A stretch of 64,000 bases of DNA from Eledone cirrhosa (lineage: Eukaryota): the NCBI GenBank assembly GCA_964016885.1, contig OZ024740.1, positions 286,130,001 through 286,194,000 of the forward strand, written 5' to 3'. The first letter of the stretch is position 1; each line of letters begins with the position of its first letter. Positions 12,934 to 24,758 of this stretch are shown in pieces. Under the pieces are notes generated by a model, which did not search any database, was not told where the DNA came from, and saw nothing but the letters and a program-made list of their open reading frames with translations. A program made the translations under genes and the position numbers.

Positions 12934-15239
12934 CCTCCCCTTCTCCTCCCCATTCCTGGGAGGGTCATGGGGTTAAAGTCCTCAAGCCCACCTTCCAGCG
13001 GGTCCTGAGCGAAGCAACTGTTTCTAATTAATTCGGCTGGATCCCCAAATGAGACCAGCTAGCTCATGGATGTTATCCCACCATTTTGCTCAAGGTCTGC
13101 CTCTGGGTCTCCTTCCAGTTGGTTTAGTCCATAAAATCTGTCCAGCAATTTTTTCCTTAGACATTCTGACCACATGTCCATAGTATCGGAACTGTGATTT
13201 CTCAATTTTGCAGTGGCTCTATCTGGAGCAACTCCCTAATCTCTAATTTATTCACTCTATCGAGTAACGTTACCCCATAGACCCTTCAGAGGAATTCCAT
13301 TTTGACTGCTTGTATTCGCGAGCATATTCTTTAGGTCATTACCCAAGATTCATGACACAGGTAAGGAATACCGAATTGAAGCTAGTGAGTTTGGCTTTTA
13401 CACCAACTTCTCCTCTTCTGATGACTGAATGCTGGAGCTAGTGCATTACTGCACCAGTTCCTGCAATTCTTCCTCTTAATTCAGCTTCCTGCCTTCCATC
13501 ATTTGTGAAAACGACCCTAAGATACATGAACATATCTATCTGCTTCGGTGGAACTTACTGACATACACAGGCTTCTTTGAGAGGATAAGTGTCTGAGTTT
13601 TTGCAGCACTGAATTTCATTTCTGCCATGCACCACTTAGCAGCAAACTATGAAGTGCATGTTGGAAATCACTTTCTCATATGTTATGTAGTACTATGTCG
13701 TCTGTAAATTCTATCTGACTGATCGTTCACCCACCAGTCTTGATATCACTTCTAACCTGGTTGTTCATATCAATTCTGTTCATGAAGATTATGAACAGGA
13801 GAGGTGACAATATATATCCTTAGCAGAGTCTCACACCCAAATTGAATAGTTTCGATTTAACACCATTTATCTGAACACAAATACTAAGGCATTCATATAG
13901 AGACTTCAGGGCAACAAGTCATGTGGAACGCAGTTGTATGCCTTATGGAGGTCTATGAAACAAGCATACACCTTGGCAATAATCCATGATTTCTCGAAGA
14001 TTGGCTGCTGTGTGAATATTTGCTCAACTGTGCTGTGTTCAGAGGAAAATCACTGTTCATCAGCTAGCTTGGACTTGACAATATCCTTACATCTCTTTGC
14101 CAGACATTTAGCAGAGACTTTACTGGGGAGGCTTATAAGTAGAGCAATTTCTCATTTCCTTTTTTGAAAATTGGGATATTCACTTCCGATTGCCATTGCT
14201 TAAGTGCCTTTCCAGAAATCTAGGCCACCCAGCGCACATGAGTCAGCCTGAAAATACTTTCTCTATTTATTGCTTTTAACATCTTTGGCCAAATTTCATC
14301 CTCCTCAGAGGCCTTGTCACATTTGAGCTCTTTAATTGCTCTGGTGACTTCAGCCTCCGAGATGTTCTTTGTGGACATAAGATATTATTGAGACTGGGTT
14401 TAGGAGATCAGCAAAATATTCTCTTCACCAGGCATGGAGAGAGACTTCTTATTACAAAGTTGGCAGATGGTCTGCCAGAATACTTTATGTGCTGATCTAA
14501 AGTCAAATTCCAACTTGACCCCAAAATCCTCCCATGGCTTTGGATGCCTTTACTGTCTCTGCTGCAAATTTTGCACCTGCTTTTACTGTATGTGAAAGGA
14601 GAAGGACTTATTTTCACGTCAAGCTTTCTAAGCCTCCTTCTTTGCTCATATGGCATCTTTAACCTCCTGATTGAAGCAAAAGGTCCTCCTGCCACCCAAC
14701 ACCATACCCAACCGCTTTCACCCACAGTAATTAACAGCTGAAGTAGAATCTGAGATATATCCTAATGGGAGACTTCAATGCACATGTTAGCACCGACCAC
14801 CTGACATGGACGGGAATGATTGGAAGGAACAGAGATCTAAATATGAATAGAGAGGCCTTATTAAACTTCTGTTTTAGTAATGAGCTCTCTATTATGAAAA
14901 CCTTCCAGCACAAAGACGTCCATAAATATACACGGTATAAGAGAAATCAGGGACAGAGATCAGTAATTGATTTTGTTATTGTCTCTAATCTCTTTGATTC
15001 TGTGATGGATATTTGTATTTATGAGAGCTGTCAATTGATCACCATTGAGACTACCTAAAACCAAGAAAACCCACAAAACTAGCAGGTCCAGCTCAACCTA
15101 CAAGATAAAGTGAGAAGCTCTTGCTAATAAGGAAGTCAGGACCAGGTATGCAGATACAATTGCATCCAAATTCAGAGAACTCCCTGAACAAACTGGGGAC
15201 ATTAAAATGGAGTGAAGACTGTTCAGCCCAGCAGTTTCT
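12934..15239 (-). mobile_element. Degenerate RTE-clade LINE with inverted 5' segment, inserted into a SINE, with an 11-bp TSD
   Basis: 12934-14740 on the minus strand is RT and C-terminus (PTGRRPRGRP..WWDNI). 14745-15239 on the plus strand is APE (MGDFNAHV...SVIDFVIVS...). TSD gcccattacct (12923-12933) / gccctttacct (15240-15250). Confidence 0.8.
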
Positions 15240-15661
15240 GCCCTTTACCTTCTGAGTTCACTAAGGTTAACTTTGTCTTTCATCCTTCCATGGTCAATAA
15301 AATAAAGTACTAATCAAGTAGGGGGTTGATTTATTCAACTTCCCCTCGATCAAATTCTGGTTTTGTGCAAAAATTAGAAACCATTATTACGTAGTTCATT
15401 CTTTTTTTTTTTTTTGTTATTCATTTACATGAAATTATTTCATTTTTTTTTAAATTCTATACACATACATACAATGTCTGTATTTGTATATATTAGCACT
15501 ATTATGTATGTATTTACTGTCACACTCTGCTCTCATTGGTGGTGTCTTCAGAACTTTATTAACAAAGGCTTTACTAATAATAATCATTACTTAACACCAG
15601 CTGAATCATTATTTGTTTTTCCCTTTCTTTGAACTAATATTTTTCCTTTCTACTTTTGCAG

Positions 15662-15693
15662 AAGTTGATGAAGAACAAGTTTCTGCTGTCTGA
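15662..15693 (+). CDS. RAPGEF2: Last coding exon of the RAPGEF2/6-like gene with class I PDZ-binding C-terminus
   Basis: Strong acceptor ttttcctttctacttttgcag; phase-1 reading gives (E)VDEEQVSAV-TGA, matching the EQVSAV C-terminus of RAPGEF2/PDZ-GEF1. Confidence 0.8.
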
Positions 15694-16938
15694 GATGGTC
15701 ATTTTCTTGGGTGCAGCATCTTGAGGCAATTCACAGCTCAACACAACACTATTGTAATAAATTTAATCTGAAACGAATCCTCTGTAGCATAAGGAATTTT
15801 ACTGGTGTGACTATTAATACAGATCTGAGAGTTGTCCAGAAAGTCTAACTTTATAGTTTTACTCATCATCACTTGTTGACCAATTGTGATTGGATATTAC
15901 CTAACTGACTTAAAAAATACAACTACGTTTATGTCTCTGATCATTAGCTATCTCACCTTTCCTTTCACTATTTATATATTTCACTAGATTGCTGATATGA
16001 CTTTTGCAGCAAATGTACGCATTACATTTATCAGCCATCAATTATGCTTGGGGGAAAAAAAAAAAGAACTAAGGAGAAACAAGTTTATTTTGTATATTTT
16101 TAGATATATATCTTCTCTTTTTTAAACGAAATTGAAACTTCATTGAAGAAAATTAAAAGAAAATCAGTTCAGAATTATTTGCGTCATTCATCAGGACAAC
16201 ATAGCCAAGATATTTTCAAATAGTTCTGGTTTCTTTATCTTTCTCCAATCATTCAGTAACATTGATGAAAAAAAAATTTTTTTAGCTTGAAACCTATGTG
16301 GGAGAAATTAAAAACAACAGAATTCTGTTCAATGTGGTATTTTAAAGAACTCTATTTTATTTGCACTGATTAAAGCATCAGTATTTACTTGGAATGGAGT
16401 TAAAATTAAGGAGAAGAAATAAAAGTAAAAAAAAAAAAATAAATAAAAGGAAAATTCTCAGACAAAACAAAATATGGATATGTAGAACTAATATAATATT
16501 TATCCCATCATGGAACTGTTTGTTAAAATCTAGATCTATCTGCTGCAGTTTTGCCTCCACATCACTCCTCTCTCATCTGCTCAGTTGACCTAAGCAGACA
16601 TTTTTGAAACATCATTTGCTGCTTCTTAAAATATATATATTTTTTTTTAAATCTGCTTTCAGAGTGAAAATACTTCTGTGAAAACTACTTTTGCTTAACA
16701 TGTTACCTATCTTCAATCCGGTGGTCAGGCAGCAGATTTTGTGTGTTGTTTTATTTTAATTTTAATTGTCAGTTTCTAAACCAGCAATCTGAGGTGGTAT
16801 GTGGAAAATTTGCAGAGACATCTGAACTTTAAAATGATATCCAACCTATAATAAAAGAGAGAGAGAATATTAACCAATATTCTGATCTAAATGTGCCGAC
16901 TATGGTTAAGCCTTTAGATTATGGATTACTTGAATGAA

Positions 16939-16980
<42 letters not shown>

Positions 16981-18787
16981 CCCCTACCCCACCCCCCAAA
17001 AAAGAAGAAAAAACGACAAAAAATATACACATACCAAGAAACCTTCTACCTGCTGGAAATCTCTGATCATTTATAGAAAATCTTGTGTGTTTATGTGTGT
17101 GTGTGATAAAATTAATTTAATTTTCTTGTTTAATCTAATTCCACCCCTATATGTAAGGTTGGACCATGTATATTGCATGCAAAGAGGCAATTATCTGTCT
17201 GGACCTAGGTCATCTTGAAAATAGAAAAGAAAAGTAGAAGCAGAAGAGAGGATGTAAAGAGAAAATGAGAACTGCATAACACATCTGAAAGTAATTTTAA
17301 AGTCAAGAAACCCAAGAGATTTTTTTTTTTTTTTATGTATTGTTTGTATGCTTTTTTTTTTTTTTTTCTTTTAACAAGCCAGAGTGGGCCGTTTCATGCA
17401 GGCAACGGTTTTCTAGTTTTTATATAATGGGCAAGTGCATTAATCTTTTTGAAACTAAGTTGGTGTACCATCGTTAAATATTGTAGTTGCAGTCTGACTA
17501 TTGTGGGCAATCAGCAGGTGCCAATTCTGAAAATGGTTCCATGTTGTAAATATATATGTATGGTTTTTGTTTTGTTCCTCCCTTTTTCTCTTTTGTCTTT
17601 TTAACTTAGGGGAAAAAAACACCGAAATACTCTTTCTCTTTTTCCATAATTCTAACTATATTCCGTTTTTCTTTCTTTTCTCTCTTTCCCTCCCTCTCCT
17701 CTTTCTCAATCTAGTTTAGAACCGACGAAAATGATCCTGGGCTTAAAATTTTAACAACTGTATATATAATTTTTAAAATTTGACAAAAAGATGAGGAAAA
17801 AAATTTTAATGAAAACTTTGTGCATCCCAATCATTCCACGTGTCATTGTTTAAGCAGTAGAGCCTCTAACCACTGTTCTTAAAGTAGCTTTAATATGAGG
17901 TTTTGTAACTTAAACTTTTTGATACAGCTGAAACTCTAAATTTACCACAGAAATTATTTAAAGAGAAAACTATTTCTTTCATGTTTATTTTTTAAAAAAA
18001 TCAAATTTTACGTTTTATAATGTTTTGTTGGCGTATTAGTATCATTAATTGTCCACACAACAAAAGACTGCAACATTTTTAGCATTTAAGATATATTGAA
18101 AGCAGATAGCTGATACAACTAGCAGTTAACTTTCAAATCACTTAAGGGAGTTTTGGGGGGTTTTTTGTCTGGTTTTAATGAACATTTGTGCACTTCTAGT
18201 ATTTGTAATTCTAGGAACTATTCCCATTCATCGCTATGGATGCTATCATCTTTTACAGACATCGTTCAGCTCTAATGAATTCAATGTTAAGTGCCTACAC
18301 GTAAAGATATTTGGAAAAAAAAAAAGAGAGAAATCGCTAACTTCAAAACTACCTTGGCCATATTAATTTTTGGCCTGTATTTTTATAGTCATAAAAAACA
18401 TTTAACAGATTGGACACACTTCAAATTCATATCTTATTCTTTAGAAACACACAGGGAAAACAAATATCAATCAAAATCCAATTTTTATTTCTAATTTATA
18501 TTTCTCTAAATTGTAAGTCAGAGACATTGTTTTCCACCTTTTGTTGAAAACAAGAAATAGTTCTGAGGAAAACTGCCTTTTAGTTTATTTATAGCTGTTA
18601 ACTTTAGAGACCCTTGCTGTAACACTTTTAATGGAGACAACTCTTGCTTTGATCTCATTATTTTTTTGTCATGAAAATGATATACATTTCCCTTAGTATA
18701 TATAGATAGATAGATAGTCTGCAGTACTGAGACCAGGAAGACCATAAATCAAAGAAGTACTTGATACATGGTAAGATACAGAGTGGG

Positions 18788-18931
18788 TATATTAGTGAAA
18801 GTAGATCTAAAGCAAGCCCTGCGGTTTCGGCTAGGTACCTTCTGGTACCAATAGGCTGCCTATTGGTACTAGAAGAGGTAACTAGCCAAAACAGCTGAGC
18901 TCGCGGTAGATCCTCTACTTTCACTAATATA
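18788..18931. repeat. ~140-bp imperfect palindrome / long hairpin (MITE-like) in the putative 3'UTR
   Basis: Left arm tatattagtgaaagtaga...ggctaggtaccttctggtaccaatagg, loop ctg, right arm cctattggtactagaagaggtaactagcc...tctactttcactaatata. Confidence 0.85.
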
Positions 18932-19695
18932 TATATATATATATATATTCACATACGCACACACACACACACACACACACACAGAGTGAATATATAATAT
19001 GCATTTTTTTCTGGAAAGCACCCAACATCGCTACCCCAGTGATTTAGAGCCACATGGTGTGGGGGAGTGTTCTCTTGTATGAGGGCACCTATTGTTTTAC
19101 AGCAAACAATGGAGAAAATGTTGCTTGATAGGATGGTGAGGGAGACATATAGGAATAGCCATTACAATTCACAAGGCTTGCTCCTGCAGGTAACCAGCTC
19201 CTCCCTGGTAGTAGGGAGATTGTCCAAGGGCCAAGAAGACCAGATGTCTCCACTGCTACAGATTCGGCCACAACTTTCATGTTTCATGGTAGACTGCTTA
19301 CTGTTACTGATGTCATTGCTAGAATTGTTGATAAAATAGTTATTAATCAATGTTAACCAATGTCAGCAGCTCAGAACTATGGGCAACATTGACTGCTTAA
19401 AACTGAAATTAACTAAAAAGTAAAACAAATATAATAATTATTAAGGAATGCTCCTGCCCTCTCACTTTGTAAGCTCTTTAGTATGCAGTTGCAAAAATGT
19501 GTTTGTGTGTGTGCGCACAATTATTCACTATCTCAACTTTCAAGAAATTTTATTTGTTCTTCCATTTGTATTCTCATTTATTTCAGTCACCAAACTGCTT
19601 GCTTCTATTCCGAATGGCTTATGTCTTGAAGCTTGCTTTCAGCTGTTTCCTTCATAACTAGACATTGTCTCTGACTTATAATTAATTCTTTACTC

Positions 19696-19709
19696 AATAA
19701 ATAAATAAA
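19696..19709 (+). terminator. Candidate polyadenylation signal cluster (AATAAATAAATAAA)
   Basis: Three overlapping AATAAA followed by GT/T-rich sequence (gggatgggttgggggtatattttt). Confidence 0.4.
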
Positions 19710-20166
19710 TACATTAACAAGTCCGGGATGGGTTGGGGGTATATTTTTTAAATGTTTTTAAAACTGTCCTTTAAAAAAGCTTTAATTATATAATATTTTT
19801 AAGTAGGTTTATAAAGTATTTCAGACTTGAAAAGTTGAGAGCTTTTCTGACAAAAGGTTTTTTTTTTTTATACATGTACAGCATAACTGAAGAATATATA
19901 AATCATTTCTGCGTTATGATTTATGGCTAAGTGATTGACTTTCGGGAACACATACAGACATAAAATTATGTGCTCCAACAGTTCATACAAATAAATACCT
20001 TAAATTTGTAGAACCATTCAGTTCAGTCAGTGGTAGCATGCGTAAATTAAAATTTGAAGAAAAAAAAAATCATTGACAAAGGAATGTGAAACGCATAACA
20101 AAAATCAAATATTATATATATATATATATATACAATATTAATAAATGGAAACTATATTTATAAAAC

Positions 20167-20244
20167 CATATTTATTTCATTATATATACTTCAAGGATAC
20201 CAAGTTAAATCATGGTATGCCTTCATCAGACAAAATACAATATA
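20167..20244 (-). ncRNA. Inverted copy of the same hammerhead motif (GAAA changed to GAAG)
   Basis: Reverse complement of the + strand copy; tcatcag at 20223-20229 and cttc at 20189-20192. Confidence 0.55.
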
Positions 20245-20340
20245 TAATAGTTTTACAAATAGATATTGACGTACCCTTTCAAAAAGGTGACCGTTGTTTT
20301 TGGAGGCCATCCAGATATATATATATTTGTAAAACTATTA

Positions 20341-20418
20341 TATATTGTATTTTGTCTGATGAAGGCATACCATGATTTAACTTGGTATCCTTGAAATATA
20401 TATAATGAAATAAATATA
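20341..20418 (+). ncRNA. Minimal type-I hammerhead ribozyme motif (intact core)
   Basis: Stem I TATATTGTATTTTGT / ATGAAATAAATATA; CTGATGA at 20356-20362; stem II aggcatacca/tggtatcctt; GAAA at 20393-20396; palindromic TATATA in place of stem III; UH = TA at 20403-20404. Confidence 0.7.
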
Positions 20419-20529
20419 GTTTCCATTTATTAATATTGTATATCTACTCCAAATATTTGTCGAGTGCTTTATATCAGTTATAATAATATTTGCTTGTTGT
20501 ATCCCAACAATTTAAATAGAACTTTTGCA

Positions 20530-20561
<32 letters not shown>

Positions 20562-20889
20562 AAAGATTAATAAATTGGGTATGAGGCCCGTTTCTTACCA
20601 AGTATATATATATATATTGGGTTTTAGGCACCCACCACCAACTCCTACACTGATAGATATGCATAACACGTCTGGTTACATGTACACTACAAGATATTTT
20701 CTTTTTAAGACATATTACTGCAACTGACATTAATCTAAGTTATCTGTAAGGTGGGAATTGAATTTCGGATATATTCTGCTTCAATTTAATACGTTTTTTT
20801 TTTTAACACTCTGAAGATGGAGAAGTGCAAATACTTATATAGCATTTTGTATGTATAGATCTTGATTCTATGAATTTATTCAAATAATT

Positions 20890-20893
<4 letters not shown>

Positions 20894-20943
<50 letters not shown>

Positions 20944-21019
20944 GTATAGATATGTGTGTGTATATATACGTATGTATGTATATATATATGTATGCATGTA
21001 TATATATATATATATATAT

Positions 21020-21050
<31 letters not shown>

Positions 21051-21189
21051 GTACATATATATATATATACATATGTATATACATATATATATATACATAT
21101 ATATATACATATATATATGTACATATATATACACATATATGTATATACATATATGTATACACATATGTATATACATATATATATATATG

Positions 21190-21243
<54 letters not shown>

Positions 21244-21354
21244 CATATATATATATATACACATATATATATACACATACATATATATATATATATACAC
21301 ATATATATATATATACACATATATATATACACATATACATATATATATATATAC

Positions 21355-21385
<31 letters not shown>

Positions 21386-22491
21386 CACATATATATATAT
21401 ATACATATATATATACATATATATGTATATGTATGTGTATATATGTATATGTGTATATATGTATGTATATGTGTATATATGTATGTGTATATATGTATGT
21501 ATATATGTATGTATATATATGTATGTATGTGTATGTATGTATATGTGTATGTGTATGTATGTATATGTATATGTATGTATGTATATATGTGTATATGTAT
21601 GTGTATGTATGTGTATATGTATGTATATATATGTGTGTATATGTATATATATATATGTGTATATATATGTATATGTATATATATGTGTATATGTATATGT
21701 ATATATATGTGTATATGTATATGTATATATATGTGTATATGTATATGTATATATATGTGTATATGTATATATATGTGTATATGTATATGTATATATATGT
21801 GTATGTATATGTATATATATGTGTATATGTATATGTATATATATGTGTATATATATGTATATGTATATATGTATATATATATGTGTATATGTATATATAT
21901 ATGTATATGTATATATATATGTATATGTATATATATGTGTATATGTGTATATGTATATATGTGTATATGTATATATATGTGTATATGTATGTGTGTGTAT
22001 ATGTGTGTATATGTATGTATGTATATGTATATATGTATGTATGTATATGTATATATGTATGTATGTATATGTGTATATATATATATATATGTGTATGTGT
22101 ATGTATGTATATGTGTATATATATATATATGTATATGTATATATATGTGTATGTATATATATGTGTATGTATATATATGTATATATATGTGTATGTATAT
22201 ATATGTATATGTATATATATGTATATGTATATATATGTATATGTATATATATGTATATGTATATATATGTATATGTATATATATGTATATATATGTATAT
22301 GTATATATATGTATATGTATATATATGTATATATATGTATATGTATATGTATATATATGTATGTGTATGTATATGTATGTGTATGTATATATATATATAT
22401 GTGTATGTATATATATATATATGTGTATGTATATGTATGTATATATGTATGTATATGTATGTATATATGTATATATATATATATATATACA

Positions 22492-22527
<36 letters not shown>

Positions 22528-22540
22528 CATGTGTATATAT
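20894..22540. repeat. 1.65-kb compound (TA/CA/TG)n microsatellite
   Basis: Near-continuous purine-pyrimidine alternation; CA-type interruptions before ~21420 and TG-type after. Confidence 0.97.
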
Positions 22541-23086
22541 AAAGCTGAGAATGGATGGTTAAAGTCATTGAGTTGTTCTATCATCTAAAACTGTACTATA
22601 TATACATTGGTCTCACTGTTGTTATTGTTGTTGTCTTCATCATTGTAGATGTCTTTCCATTACTTCTTTTTTTCTTTCCTCATTGTTGCTATCAACATGT
22701 CTCACAGTTATCTGGTCTCTACACACTCATCAGTCTTAAGTTTTTTTTTTTATTTTTATGTTCACAAAAGGAGCTGTGCTTCATTCATTTCTTAATTAAT
22801 TTTCTAGTTGTGCGTTTTACATATGGTATCTGCTGGGAGCAACTTCAATAGCTTTCTGTAGAGATATTTCTAAGACCAATTTTTAGTTTGTACCAACTTG
22901 GCATCAATGTCTGCTGGTGTCCCACCTTTGTCAAGCTCAACTGATTCAGGATTTTCCACTTAATTTTGTAGGATTATACATATATATTTCTGGCACATGT
23001 ATTTTCATTATGTGCATGTGTGTTTCTTTAAGTGCATGTGTCTTTTTGTTTACATCTGTGTTTAATATTTTTATCAGTGTGGGTGA

Positions 23087-23350
23087 TGTATGTATGTATA
23101 TATGTGTATGTATGTATGTATATATATATATGTGTATGTATATATACATGTGTGTATGTATATATGTGTGTATGTATATATACATGTGTGTATGTATATA
23201 TGTATGTATGTATGTATGTATATATATGTATGTATGTATGTATATATATGTATGTATATGTATGTATGTATGTATGTATAAATATGTATGTATGTATATG
23301 TATGTATGTATATATATGTATGTATGTATATGTATGTATGTATATATATG

Positions 23351-23391
<41 letters not shown>

Positions 23392-23406
23392 GTATGTATA
23401 TATATG

Positions 23407-23465
<59 letters not shown>

Positions 23466-23572
23466 GTGTATGTATGTGTGTATATGTATATATGTATGTG
23501 TATATATGTATGTATATATATGTATATATGCATGTATATATATATGTACATATATGTATATATATATGTACA

Positions 23573-23603
<31 letters not shown>

Positions 23604-23678
23604 GTACATATATATATGTATATATATATATGTACATATATATATGTACATATATATATGTATATATGTATATATATG

Positions 23679-23760
<82 letters not shown>

Positions 23761-23812
23761 TATATATATATATATATATGTACGTATATGTATATATATA
23801 TGTACGTATATG

Positions 23813-23845
<33 letters not shown>

Positions 23846-23913
23846 GTATGTATATATGTATGTATGTATATATATATATATATATGTATGTATATATGTA
23901 TGTATGTATATAT

Positions 23914-23954
<41 letters not shown>

Positions 23955-24145
23955 TGTACATATATGTATATATATATGTATGTATATATATATATGTATG
24001 TATATATATATGTACATATATGTATATGTATGTATATATATATGTATATGTATGTATGTGTATATATATATGTACATATATATATATGTATATGTATATA
24101 TATGTATGTATATACATATGTATATGTATGTATATATATATATAA
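23087..24145. repeat. 1.05-kb (TA/TATG)n microsatellite
   Basis: Direct inspection. Confidence 0.97.
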
Positions 24146-24758
24146 TAGTAATTGTGTGCATGAGTAAGTGTGTGTGTGCATGCATGCATGTATGTATATG
24201 TATACACACATTCACGCAAGCAAGTTAAGTTTCTTCTCAAATTTATGGTAGTGTGAATGCATGTGTGTGTGTATTTTACATGTGTATGTATGTATGTAAT
24301 ATATACACATTGTTTATCTGGGCGTGCATGTGTGTATATATGTATATATATATATATAAATATGAAATTGCCATGTCATTTAATAAATAATTTGTACTGA
24401 ATTGATTTGTTTTGTTTTCTCTTTGCATCATAAAATGATACAAATTAGCCAAGTTGTTAGGGCATCAAAAAATGCTTTGGTATTTGTACTGGCTCACTGT
24501 ACTGGCTCTTAGCTTTGTTTTTCATCCCTCCAAGATCAATAAAGTGCCAGTCTAGTAGATTTGTTTTCTCAATGACTCTCTCTTTCTCTGAAAGAAATCA
24601 GCTGTCTTCAGACCTGGAAAAGGATGGGATTCTCCTGGCGTAAATGTCATGAAGGCATCCCTAAGTGTCATGCATTCATACTCATTGGTTTTACAATTAA
24701 TTATCCCTGTTGACATGAGTAGGTTGTGACATTAATTTTTATATATATATATATATTA

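Larger units (their letters stand above)
15694..19720 (+). other. Probable long 3'UTR of the RAPGEF2-like gene
   Basis: About 4 kb after the stop codon that is nearly free of SINE/LINE insertions and rich in U and A tracts, ending in overlapping AATAAA hexamers. The 3' end is inferred. Confidence 0.5.
20128..20443. repeat. Long near-perfect inverted repeat (~120-bp arms, ~60-bp spacer)
   Basis: 20128-20261 is the reverse complement of 20324-20443, apart from a 14-nt duplication in the left arm and a substitution in the ribozyme core. Confidence 0.92.

Noticed and set aside
19067-19339. 90-aa ORF in the GC-richer part of the putative 3'UTR
   Set aside because: No recognisable domain, no convincing splice sites and a non-ATG start.
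20805-20860. CTGAAGA plus short stem as a further hammerhead; similar CTGAGAA...AAAA at 22545-22600
   Set aside because: The GAAA core is missing or mutated and stem I cannot be formed; possibly relics, but not supportable.
20876-24240. Many 300-560 aa ORFs (YIYIHT/MCVY repeats); similar ones at 3.4-5.4 kb, 35.6-36.0 kb and 39.3-40.1 kb
   Set aside because: These are translations of TA/CA/TG microsatellites, which lack stop codons in all frames; they are not genes.
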